Assembly (NCBI GenBank): GCA_051362555.1
Contig: CM120642.1
Coordinates: 2,170,001-2,234,000 of the forward strand
Direction of reading: 5' to 3'
Length of the DNA: 64,000 nt
Source of the DNA: Lingula anatina
Taxonomy: Eukaryota; Animalia; Brachiopoda
In this document: positions 26,239 to 37,800 of the stretch, in pieces
How the letters are laid out: every line of letters begins with the position of its first letter
Numbering within the stretch: position 1 is the stretch's first letter
Notes under the pieces: generated by a model
Databases searched by the model: none
The model's input: only the letters and a program-made list of their open reading frames with translations
What the model was told of the DNA's origin: nothing
Translations under genes and position numbers: made by a program

Positions 26239-27567
26239 ATTGTCAGTTTTCCTCAAGCTGTGCTAGTTCATGGGAGATGATGTGTGAGCTAAGTAAGAAA
26301 ATGAATTCATCCACTTTTCTACAATGGGAATTCTTTGTCAACATCTTTAAGAAGGATAAATGAATAATTAACCAATTTATGTGCGTCATTTGAGAATTAA
26401 TCAATGTGTTCAATACACCGAAATGATTTTTCTGTGACAAAACCTGACTCTAGTGTTGACATTACAAGCACACATCAATAAGTCTGTAATTCATACAGAC
26501 CCTTCTTAATAATCAAATGAACACGGGCCAATAATAGGGAAGGAAATAAAGAGAATAAAGAAAAACTAAGACTCATATCATATCATATCAACCAAACTTC
26601 CTTAGGACTACTACATATATGTGTGTCTAATCCGATATTAACTGAAATATCTTACGCCAAATTGAGGCTTGATTAACTGAGTCTTAACTGGTACGCACGG
26701 TCAGCATTTTCTCTGTGTAAAAATGCAAGATGCACATATTTTCGTCGGCAAAGTTAAATGAATTAAATACATTTGATGAACTGTATATAAGTACAACAAG
26801 AGCATTGCCTTGGCCTTTCCATCTATCTTTAAGGCGATCATATTATGGCATGTCGCTCCAATAATTTGTACATATTTATAACGATTATTGCCAAGGCTAA
26901 ATTTACAGTAATTTTAAAACCCGAGTTATATGAAACATGGTTTTAAACTTGAGGTTAAAGTCAATTTAAACAAAAGTCTGGTATATTCATGTTCTATCAG
27001 CAAGAATCGGTCAACAAAGGTCAAAATGTTTTTTAGCAACTGGTAAAAGCATTGGTATAGCATCGGTAATATTAGAATTAAAAAAATTTAACCGTTTTAC
27101 AATTTTTGATAAAGGATCCTTCAACAAATTGTCCAGGTGTCTTCCAGCATATTACAAGATTATCGACCACCAAATTATCTGTATGGAGTTCCAAAGCCAA
27201 TTATACACATAAATAATTTGTTACAAATCCAGTAACACCCATCAACTATTAATAATAACTATAATAGCTCTACCAGTCTTTGCTTCGTTTGACTTACCCA
27301 AATGTACGGTTGCATGTATTGCTTGTATTTTCATTTCATGTAAAATGTTTGAAATGGGGCTCATGATGTTGAATTTATAATAGTATAATTGCATCGGCTT
27401 GCAATATATTACGTTGATAGTTAGTACCGTGTTTGTTAATTTTAGCTCGGTGTAGTAAGTAATTGGCTTATATAATGACAACGACGGATATTGATTTAGT
27501 AGAAGTAAGTGCAATTACCGGAGTGCCTAGATTGGCTTAGAAACATCCGTTTATGGTTTACATGCTG

Positions 27568-27575
27568 ATATAAAA
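27568..27575 (+). promoter_or_regulatory. TATA box of the micropeptide gene
   Basis: ATATAAAA about 30 nt upstream of an Inr-like TAGTC at ~27600 and about 65 nt upstream of ATG 27635. Confidence 0.5.
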
Positions 27576-27634
27576 TGTTTTAGTTAACGGCACTGTACAT
27601 AGTCAGAACCAGAATCAAGACAAATACAGCAAAG

Positions 27635-28177
27635 ATGACTTCCAAGTATCTGCGACTCCTGTGTTTGTTTTCAATCGCCTTCAGTGAAGTGAATGGTCAT
27701 TTTCTCTTTGGACCAAGTCCTGACATCCTCCCGGCCGAAGGTACAGAATCTTGTAGGCGCATACGTGATTTTGTTACGTTTATTACATTGAAGCATTTAT
27801 TAATCTTATCATGTATCTTAAAATGTATTATAGGTGATTTTATTCATTTTATGTATAACATGTATATGTATACATTTATATGTATGTACTTTTTACACCT
27901 TTCACCCTTGATGTGGAATTAATTATAAATAAATAAATAAATGAAAGAGAACTATATATATTTGGATTCCAATATCTGTAATTTGTTTAGGTTTGTATTC
28001 TATTTTAGTATAAGTAGGATATCAAATTGTACGAAAAGAATGAGAAAAATATGTTGTGAAGAATTTCTATGAAAAAACTTAGTATGTTCGAAACTTATTC
28101 TAATTTTTTTAAATTTCCTGCAAGATGTTTCGGACGAAGGCAACTGCGAGTACTGGAACTGTTGGCACTGCAGTTAG
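27635..28177 (+). CDS. Small secreted Cys/Trp-rich peptide precursor (52 aa, 2 exons)
   Basis: Exon 1 27635-27740 (donor AAG|GTACAG, phase 1); exon 2 28125-28177 (pyrimidine tract + AAG). Product MTSKYLRLLCLFSIAFSEVNG-HFLFGPSPDILPAEDVSDEGNCEYWNCWHCS*. Both exons are GC-richer than their flanks. Confidence 0.6.
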
Positions 28178-28178
28178 A

Positions 28179-28384
28179 GACTCGTATAATGGGCCAAGGC
28201 AGAAATGGAGTCAGGGAACGCATCAGGGTGAAAGACATGGGTAAAAGAGTATACGGAGGGGAGACTACACCACAATATGGAGATAGATGCATATTAACAT
28301 ATTATACAGTCTTTCTTGGAACATTTATGACCCATTTTCATTATGAAATATTAATTAGGCTCTAATTACTAGTTCATGTGTCAA
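28179..28384 (+). repeat. Copy of the block found in the ETFDH 3' UTR region
   Basis: Aligns by eye with 9911-10115; a further shared motif TAAGATGAAGTCAATAA...ATGGAATTTT lies at ~28477 and ~10457. Confidence 0.9.
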
Positions 28385-29233
28385 TTTCAATTATTGTTTT
28401 TCTTTTTATCAAGAGCTTATAAAATATGTGGGTATTAAGTCACCATCATCAGGGATTAACATTTATAATTCATTTATAAGATGAAGTCAATAAGACAGAC
28501 ACAATGGAATTTTGCCTTACCTGGTAAGGGTTCTGTTTAGTTCAGGTTATTGCCATAAACACTTTTCCATTGATGGGCAAACCTACAAATGAGGGGTTGT
28601 AGGAAATAGCCATCTATACAGCATAGGTTTATTTTATTCTGAAGTCACAGGTTGGAGGAGGGGGAGGGTCATATTAATTTTGTATATGATGCACTTTTTA
28701 ACATTCACAAAGATGCATATCAATGTGAATAAAGAAACAGAACAGTCTTTTGCCACAACATTTATTGCCTTTGTGATTACTAAAGCTTATAAATATGTAA
28801 GAAATTTTAGATGCATTTCAAAGCTGCTGGTGACAATTCTACAAAAAGACTTATTTGTACTTGCTTTTTATCCGAACATAATAATTTTATTCAGCCCATA
28901 TATACATAAACTATATATCAGAAATATGAATTTTGTCCAAGTTCTTTAAATGTCAAAAATAATAATGTAAATACTAAATATGATAGAAGTGAATAGTGAG
29001 ATAAAACAAGATATGCCAGCATCAGTTAGAGGTGCCCAAGACATAATATATCACTAGGTCAGAAGCTAGTCTCTTATTTGACATAAGTAGAGTGAAAGTA
29101 CTCACAGTTCACAAAAAAGCACCCCTAAAATCTGATAAAACATATACCACAACAGTCGCATATAACAACTCTAAAGCTAAGTATGTATTTTCTACTATAT
29201 AACACATGCCAACAAAAACATTTATAAGAATGC

Positions 29234-29265
<32 letters not shown>

Positions 29266-30834
29266 TTTAAGGAATAGCAGTTTAATACATTTATATGTAG
29301 TAAATAATGCACTCCCCACGACCTTGGTAAACATGATAGCATGCCAAGCCATAGGGAATCCTAGGGGGTAGCAGTCCGTTATTTCTTATACATACAATTT
29401 GAAATAGTATGTTTCCTACCAGAAACTCCTAATTTTGACGGCGCTGATATCAGCACAATGGTGCATATAATTCACAATCTATGCATCACACACAAACTCC
29501 ATAAACAGCTTCCACAGGACCTACGCTTAGCTCATATACATGTTGCTCTATCAGTTGTTAAGTCAGGAGAAATTCATCCAATCCATCCTCTATTTGCACT
29601 TATATCTGTACACAAAAGTTCTATCCTCTCTAGTTATAAGAGCCTGGTCTCTATAGACAGGTTATGTGACGAAGTGAGGAAACATGTGAGTGTTAGCATC
29701 TCGTACTCTGGGATATCTATGGTTAGTTTGCACATGCACTGACATTTGAGGATTTAGAGTCTCTCAGTATGCAGTAATCCACTTTTCATTAAAATTATTT
29801 CTTCTTCAAAAAATCTACCACTAGATTCCAATACATTTGATACATATTAAAAGGCTGTTGTTTTACTAGCTACACATAGGTTCCATGTCAAATTAAAGAT
29901 ACACATATGATGGTTATTAATAGGAAAATTACATATAGAATCTTAAAATTTATTCACAACAAAGTTAATACATTTCTAGCCACCACTTTACTTTATATAG
30001 CAAATCAAGCTGATTAATTTTAGAAATAATGTGTTCAATGGAAAGAATATCAGAGTATGTCACAGAACTTCGGTATTCATGGTAAACAGGGCCAGTTGTG
30101 GTCATAAAAATCCATTTAAACATTCTGGCAGTATAATTCAGCAGTATAATAGTAAGTAATGATGGTTTCAGGTTTGGTTGTTTTGGACCAAGAACAATGT
30201 TTCTTATTTCAAAGGACATCAAAGATATTCAAGATCCTGTGTGTTCACTTTTAGTAATTACTAACTGTTGCACAAGATTGCATTATATCAGTTGTCTGGT
30301 GCTCTAATAGCAAAAGCCTGTATTTCACAAAACTGGACAATTTTATGCAAAAATTGGCCCCAGCTACCAGAATAATTATTACCATTTCATGATAAAATAT
30401 TTAACATTTTATGTTTACCATGGGTTAAATTTATTGATTATATTGAAAATTCCCCCCAAAGTTCCTCCAAATTTACCACTTGGCCATGCTTAGGCCATGA
30501 CTAGAAACATGTTTGTTTCCCCTTCCCCAAAAAATCCATAAAAATTCTGCCTGCTTAAATTACATTGCTAACACTCAATTAAATCTAGTTACAAGTTTCA
30601 GGTTAAGTGAGGGGAAACAAACATATATATATATGGAGGGGGGGGGGGGGGGTATACCACTTCTAAGTATGTGGGAAATTTCAAAGACCAAAGAAAAATA
30701 CATTAAAAACTCATAAATATACCAACATATCAAATGTCACCACTCTAGCTTTGTGTTCATAGTCTGCTCAAATTCTTTCCATCATGTGGGCACTATTCTG
30801 TGCAGAATCAACCATATAATTAATATATTACGTA

Positions 30835-31195
30835 CACTTGTCACAAATATGGGACATTCGCTAGCAATATTCATCTCCTGTGTGGTCCTCTTGAATGACG
30901 ATCAAAATATCAGGCCTGCTGCAAATTTGCTGTAATATTGCTGCAAATTAGCAGCAATAAACTTTTTCTTGCAAATTCCTGCAATATCTTTCCCGCAATA
31001 TTGCTGCTACATTGTGCAATATTGCTGCAAACTTTTCATATTGCTGACGGGGACTGCTGAAGGCATCAATGATGTGCTCTTTGTTATTCTGGTCCAGTAA
31101 CATCAGGGTGACTTTCTGTCTGAAGGGCCAACGAAGAAGAGCATCATTGCTGCCTTTGCAGATAACAAAGAAGAGGGAAACATGGGTCCCTTTAC
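30835..31195 (-). pseudogene. Disrupted TRAF-C/MATH domain remnant (TRAF2-like)
   Basis: KGTHVSLFFVICKGSNDALLRWPFRQKVTLMLLDQNNKEHIIDAF | insertion | RPDIL (frameshift) SSFKRTTQEMNIASECPIF. The N-terminal strands of MATH are missing. Confidence 0.88.
30916..31056. mobile_element. 141-bp MITE-like insertion splitting the MATH DAF-RPD motif
   Basis: Removing it restores GATGCCTTCAGGCCTGAT (DAFRPD). CAG is repeated at the junctions; the insert is rich in quasi-palindromic TTGCTGCAAA motifs. Confidence 0.8.
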
Positions 31196-31205
31196 ATGGT
31201 GACAT

Positions 31206-31792
31206 GGTTTTTCTTTAAATGGTCATCATGGCGGCAGTGCCCAATATAGGGTTTTCTTCAACTTTGATGCAATATTATATAATGCATTTAAAACAACAAA
31301 ATCACCTTCAATCTTTAATTATGATCTGTAGGTAACATGGACAATAGTCCTATTGGTTTTTCTTGAAATGCGTTATCAGTGTTGCATATATGCTGAAAAA
31401 GTGAAAAAATAGCATAATTCTTGAAAAAAATGGTCCGATCAAGCTGATTATTAAGTCGACCTGTATTTTAGTAAGACTTATCACTTCTGTGGTGAGTTTC
31501 AAGACAATAGCCCTATCAGTTTTCCTTGAAATGTGTTATCAGTGTTGAATATATACTGAAAAAAGTAAAAAGAAAAAAAAAAACAAAAAAAAAAACACAG
31601 CATAACGTTTGAAAAAGTGGTCCCATTATGCTGATTTTCTAATGCTAACTGTATTTTATAAATATTCATCAGTTCCGTAAGTTTGAAGACTAAATGTTGA
31701 ATTTTTTCCAATTATCTAGTTGTCACTGAAAGTGCACGGGAACTACAGGCAATGTCTACACATACAAACTCATTTGTGTCTGTATATAAAAA
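31206..31792 (+). mobile_element. Diverged copy of the Helentron/HINE-like satellite element
   Basis: Units TTATCAGTGTTGCATATATGCTGAAAAAGTGAAAAAA...CCGATCAAGCTGATT as at 1-1204, ending AAAGTGCACGG...TGTGTCTGTATATAAAAA. Lies between the TRAF coiled-coil exon and the MATH remnant. Confidence 0.75.
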
Positions 31793-31855
31793 TTTAAACA
31801 TGTCAAATGTAAATCCAGTAGATAGATATTAATGTTCACTGTCTGCTCAAATTCT

Positions 31856-34800
31856 TCACATCATATGCACAACTGGACCATCATTCAGTTGCAAAGCGTG
31901 ATCATTGAGGGTGAGCAATCTCTTGAGCATGGTGTTTTCATTTTCCGCTGCTTGCATCCTCTCTTGATTCTTCTGCCGCTCTTCCCCATAGAGCTCAATC
32001 TGGTGGAGAAGATACTTAATATGCCCAATGAGACATACGATGGTTTTCATCATGCTTCTCACCTCTTGGCTTTGGCTCTGACCTTGATCTCGTTCAGCTC
32101 GGATTATCTCTCTCTCCATTGCAGTCAAGGTATCTTGCAGTGCTTGTAGTTTGCTGTCCAGTTCACGACACTGATGATCAGCCTCTCCATTTTGATGCTG
32201 GACATTGATCTCTGCTTGTTGTTGACGCACCTCCTCCATTTTACGGAACAAAAGTTGCAAATGCTCATGAAGGTTGCCTGTTAAATGGCTGTCAGTTTCT
32301 TCTGGTTTTACCTGTAATTAATAATCATAAGAAGTCTATGGCTTTTATGATTTCAAAATTATAGTTTTCATTTTGTCACCGATATATGGTCTGTTGTTTC
32401 AGAAAATCGGCACTAGCAAATACCTTTTCACAGAAAGTTTAAATTCTACAAAAGTTTGGCCCATTTGACCAAAGGTCAAAGATGAAATCCAAGGGCACAT
32501 CTGAAATCTCCACATGTCGCTTTCAGTCAGACTTTTAGAGTAACTTTTCACCTTTCACTTCAGAGATAACCAGCATCTAAATCTCAAAATTCTGACAGGA
32601 TGCATTGCGATGAGCATCACGCCCGGGCAAATGCTTTGACAGATCCCAAAATCTAAGGGGTTCAAGTTGAAACTACAATATCTGACCTACGATGACACAG
32701 GTCCTTGTAGTCTAGGAAGAGAAGCGGTAACGATGACTTGTATCCACCGACTTGCCACAGAGCTAGCGGATGAGATGGGTCAGGATTAAAACCATGAGTA
32801 CCGCCAGGACTTACAGGTATGCTGGTGGTATTTATGTAATCTACCCTACTTAATGAAACCATTGCATAAAGTCAATCTCTCTACAATTTGTGATAAGCTC
32901 CCTGCAGAAGCCCTACACATTAAATCCTTTAAGACCATACTACCATTTTCTTTTTTGGTCAAAATCATACAGAGGTGAGACGCCTCTTTCTACACCACGC
33001 TGAGGTGAGACGCCTCACAACACGCAAGCCAAAAGTAGTACACTGTACACGGCTACGAACAGTTATTTTATCAGATAAAACCCAAAAGTGATACATCAAA
33101 TCACTCTGTTATACGTGAAGAAACATATCCAAGGGAATCACAGCATTCTTCTTCAATCTCGAGCGTCCCGCAGACAACCTCAAAGCTTTTAACTAGGGAC
33201 CCAGCCTTGGATCGTGTTATTTTGATAAGAGGTAGTTTAACCAAGGCATAAGCCGACCACTCACAAACAACGAGTCCAATTATGTTAAAGGTCTCTAGTA
33301 ATATGTCTCAATTCTGTTAATTGGCTTCAGTATCTGACTTGTTGTAAAAACTTACCTTCTGAGTGCATCCAAAAAATGCAAAAGAGCATGGGGCCATCTT
33401 CACATGACATTCACCACTGACTAAGTCTTGATGGTTTTTGAGCTGTAAGAAAATATTACATCTATGTAGAACATAACTAGGGGATCAGATAGGTGATACT
33501 ACCTCCAGGTATTGTACCACCAGCTGGTGCAAGCGCATTTGTATGGAAAAAAGTGACACCACATCCAGTGTTGTGCTTGGCAAGCTCTACAAAATGCAAT
33601 TAACAAGAGTTCTCAATTTTTGTAGAAAATAATACTTTATAACAAAATCATGGGGAAAAGTAAATTCAAGGTTGCAGTAAGATTGTGAATATAAGACTTC
33701 TCATCCAAGTCCAATAGTTAATATAACAGCATTGTGAAATGCGATTCATGGTGAAAGGTAGACCAAAGTTAAAATTCAAGGTTATAGAAAGATTACCAAT
33801 ATATGACTTCCTTTTCAAGATCAGTAGTAACTGTGGGGATATCTATAAATTTGCAAAGGGCAGTTCATGATGAAAAGTAGGCCACAGGTCAAAATCAGGG
33901 TCAAAGTAACTTCGCCAATATATGACTTCCTATTCAAGTTCAGTAGTAATTATGGGGGCATCTCTGCCAGTTTTGAAGATATGAGAGTTGGAAATATGCA
34001 AAGGTCAAATTTAAGCTCACAGTAAGATAACTTGCCAATGTATGACTTCCTTTTCGAGTTCAAATGTATTTATGGGCATATCTCTGCCAGTTCTGGAGAT
34101 ACAAGGGTTGGAAAATTTGCAAAGGGCAGTTCATCATGAAAAGCAGGTCAAAGGTCAATCTCAAGGTCACATTTACATTACCACTATATGACTTCCTATT
34201 CAAGTTCAATCACTATTGAACAGAGGGATTAAGTGCCCTCACTTCCCTACCCGAAAATACGCTTTTAGTGTGTACATATTGCATTATTTGTAGAAATGAT
34301 TGTCCTAATCTAGTCCGTGAATAGCTGCAAAGCTACTGTTTCCTTTCAATTTATACCCGACATGAAATAAATTTGATTGTATTATTGTATTGTACACTGC
34401 TCCATTCTCCGACATTATCTCTGAAATTATCTTTGTCACAATCAAGACAAATTACTTCAATACAGTATAAAGATATATGAGTACACATATATTCTTCTCC
34501 TCTTGTTCCAATATCTCCAACGTCAGATTTCCCAGCCTCTTATAGAGTCACCCATCACAGCGCCATATTTACGACTTTTTGCTTATTTTCTCTTCATTAT
34601 TTTTTGTCTATTATGTCAAATATATTGATTTTGATCTTGATCTCATTATTCTTCGTTTTGCCATAGACATTTCTGTTAAAGGCCTGTTTAATTCAGCCTG
34701 TGTAAAAGTTCAGTGTTTCGTTTGGTCACATCATCAGCAAATTTGAGTCCTTTCCTTTTATTATAATAAGCACCTTCAAGTTGGTACTTTTCACCTTCAC

Positions 34801-37800
34801 CGATATCAGTCTTCCTTGGTCCTGTTTTCATTCCTTTCCTCCTTAACTCCAATGATTGTAATGTTGTTTTTGCTCTAGGATTGTTCATTGTAAGTAGCTT
34901 TGGTTTGTGCAGATTTTGACATTTGGCGCACCATTTCTGCCACTTTTGTTAACCTTGTTATTTCTTTTTAGATTTTCATGTATTTTTCTTCCAGTAGTTC
35001 ATTTTCAACAGTTAAATTATCATGTACATCTTTCAAGATCCCATTCTTTTCATAAAATTTCGTTTCCAACTGTAATAGCCTCTATTCTATCATCTCTGTT
35101 ATACTTTTCACCATTTCTTATAGCATATTTTCTACTCCACCTACTTCTTTTTATTGTTTGTTTTAGCTCAGTTCTGATTACCTATAATTTACTCGTGATG
35201 ACATGCGACTCTTTGCCACTAGAGTTAGAAAAGTTAAAAAAATAATCATTTAGCTCTAGTTTCAGAGCTCACCATATCATGGTCATACTCCTAAATGGTT
35301 TCACTCATATTAAGATAGACAAAACCTAATATATTTCATATTTTATCATATATTTTACTTTATATTTATTACAAAAAAAAAAAAAAAAAAACCTTAGAAT
35401 GTGTTTTTCAAATATGAAAAGTGGATGAAATTTAGGACATTTCACCCTCTACCTTTATCCATACCACCCTCCCCTGAAATATTCAATTTAATCAATTATG
35501 GGCTACATTAGAGAAAAAGTGCTTTCATGGTATTTCCTTCATACATCTTACGTGTCACAAACCAGAATGTTTTAAAAATCCTCTTTCTTTAAATTCCGAA
35601 GTGACTATAGCCTGATATTACAATTATTGGCATCTGAAAAGTTCAAACACATCTGCACGTGGTCAAAAAGGTTGCAAAACCTCAAATTTAATGTGGAAAT
35701 GATCTTCTGCACTCAGGGAGGTTGGAGCGGGTGTTTGTACATGCTTCAGGGATCCTACATATCCGATGCAATAACATATTACCTGTGATCGTGTGAAGAT
35801 CTTGTCCATGTGGCACTGATCACACTCCACAGGAAACTCTGGACAATCTGAGAGGTGGTGATCCTAGGATAAGCATTTAATAAATCAAAATGGTAGATAA
35901 ATTATGCATAACTAATGAATTTACAACTTGCAGAGTCCTAAGGGGACTTAGAAGAATAGAGCCCAGTGAGAGGAAATTGGATCCTACCAAGGTGTGAAGA
36001 AAGTAAGCTTTGTTTTGAGGTAACTATAGCTCTACATATCTAGATCAAAATATGTACAACATCATTTCAAAACATCATGCCCATAGTTATGTGACTTGCA
36101 ACCCGCCATGCCAAGTTGCGTTGTCCAAAGAAATTATGAAAAAATGTTTGTGGGTACTGACCTATCAGAGGGCTAGAATCATTTTGACCTCTGTATGATA
36201 ATAGTACCTGGTCATGTGACCAAGAGTGCTGTTTGATTAGGTACACAGTAACTATATAATCAGAGGCCTGCAATTTTACAAGAGGTATAATACTAATAAA
36301 TATATTATTATATCAATACAGATCATGAAAACAATAAAACATCCACTCTTACCTTCATGTCTTTGAAAATCTGCTTAGCTTTGCAATACTCGCAATCCAC
36401 AAGTCTCATCATGCAGCCTTCTCTGAGATGTTGCTCTAAATCTTTGTTATACACTAAGTCTGTGCAACCACACCTGCCACAAAACTGCCTGTTGAACTCA
36501 CATCCTGCTTCATGGGCCTGTGAAAACAGAATGAATGGCAGGTTCAGGGGTGAGAATGAACTGGTTGACATTTTTCAAATTTTGTTGGGAATAAATGTGC
36601 TAGTTTAAACTTAAAAGATTAAGCACTATGTTGTGGTAGAGGATAGGGACTGGTTAAAGTTTCATATGAAGCAAGTGTGATTCCCTGTAATGAATAATAA
36701 TTACTTCTTCATTTTTTTGGATGTAAATATGACATATTATCATCCCTACAGTTCATAAAGTTTTGATGTAGTAATGTTTGGCATATCTCTGATGCGCACC
36801 TAAAAGGCTAAGCATGATTATATCCAAATGAGTGTTGACGAAAACTACCAGGGCATATACAGCACAGGAAGCCGAAAGTGCCTGTTTAGATATAATATTA
36901 GGGATATGTGATACATTCCCCTTTGGTACTTTTAAAGATTTGCTATTTGGGTCAAAGTTTGCGGCAACAAGCTTGCAAGAAAAGTTTTATTGCGGCTAAT
37001 TTGCAGCCATATTGCAACATGCCATACTTAATAATTAAGTTAATGCTAATTCCTTTGCTTTAAGAATGTACAAGGACCTCGTTTCAATATTGATCTCATG
37101 CATTGAAAACAAAACAATCATGTCACTCCCATGTATTGTTGAAAACCCTGCAAATCAAACTATATCAAACCATAAAGATGGCTACGATAGCTGTGAATGT
37201 CCATCACCCCCATTCACAATATACCCTAGTAGTAACAATTAAGTAGATGTAGATTCAAGATGTCATGTTTCTATTTACACTTTGGCATTTTAATGAGATC
37301 CATCTTTCTCCCATAGTTTGCATGTGAAGATACCCATCCCCTTTCTGTGTCTATCAATTTGATACTCTACCGTGCTGCAGACAGCACTTATCATCTGGTA
37401 AAAATGCTAGAGCCACATCATGTTTTTATGTACCATCCTCACTGAAAAAATACATAACGTATTTTCATTTTCAAGAACAAATCAAATATACAAAGCACAC
37501 TTACTAGTTCAGGCTTTTTAAGAGGTCGAACTTCACACTAAAAGTTACAATATGGCCTATTTAATGTGTTGATAAAATGATTCCAAAACATCCACTGTAA
37601 CATTGGCAAAACCTTTCAAACATCAATAATACATTTAAAGAAACATGTCATAAATTTAATAATGAAGAAATATTACCCTAAGGCTACATGGAGAAATTTA
37701 ATGCCATCCATATGAAAAACTGGAAGCTACGTGTATCATTTGTTAGTGACTTCTCTGAACTGAACCATTCACCATGCCCGGAACCACGCAAAATTTAGTA

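Noticed and set aside
33500-33590. Additional TRAF exon
   Set aside because: No zinc-finger pattern, and the neighbouring exons splice in frame without it.
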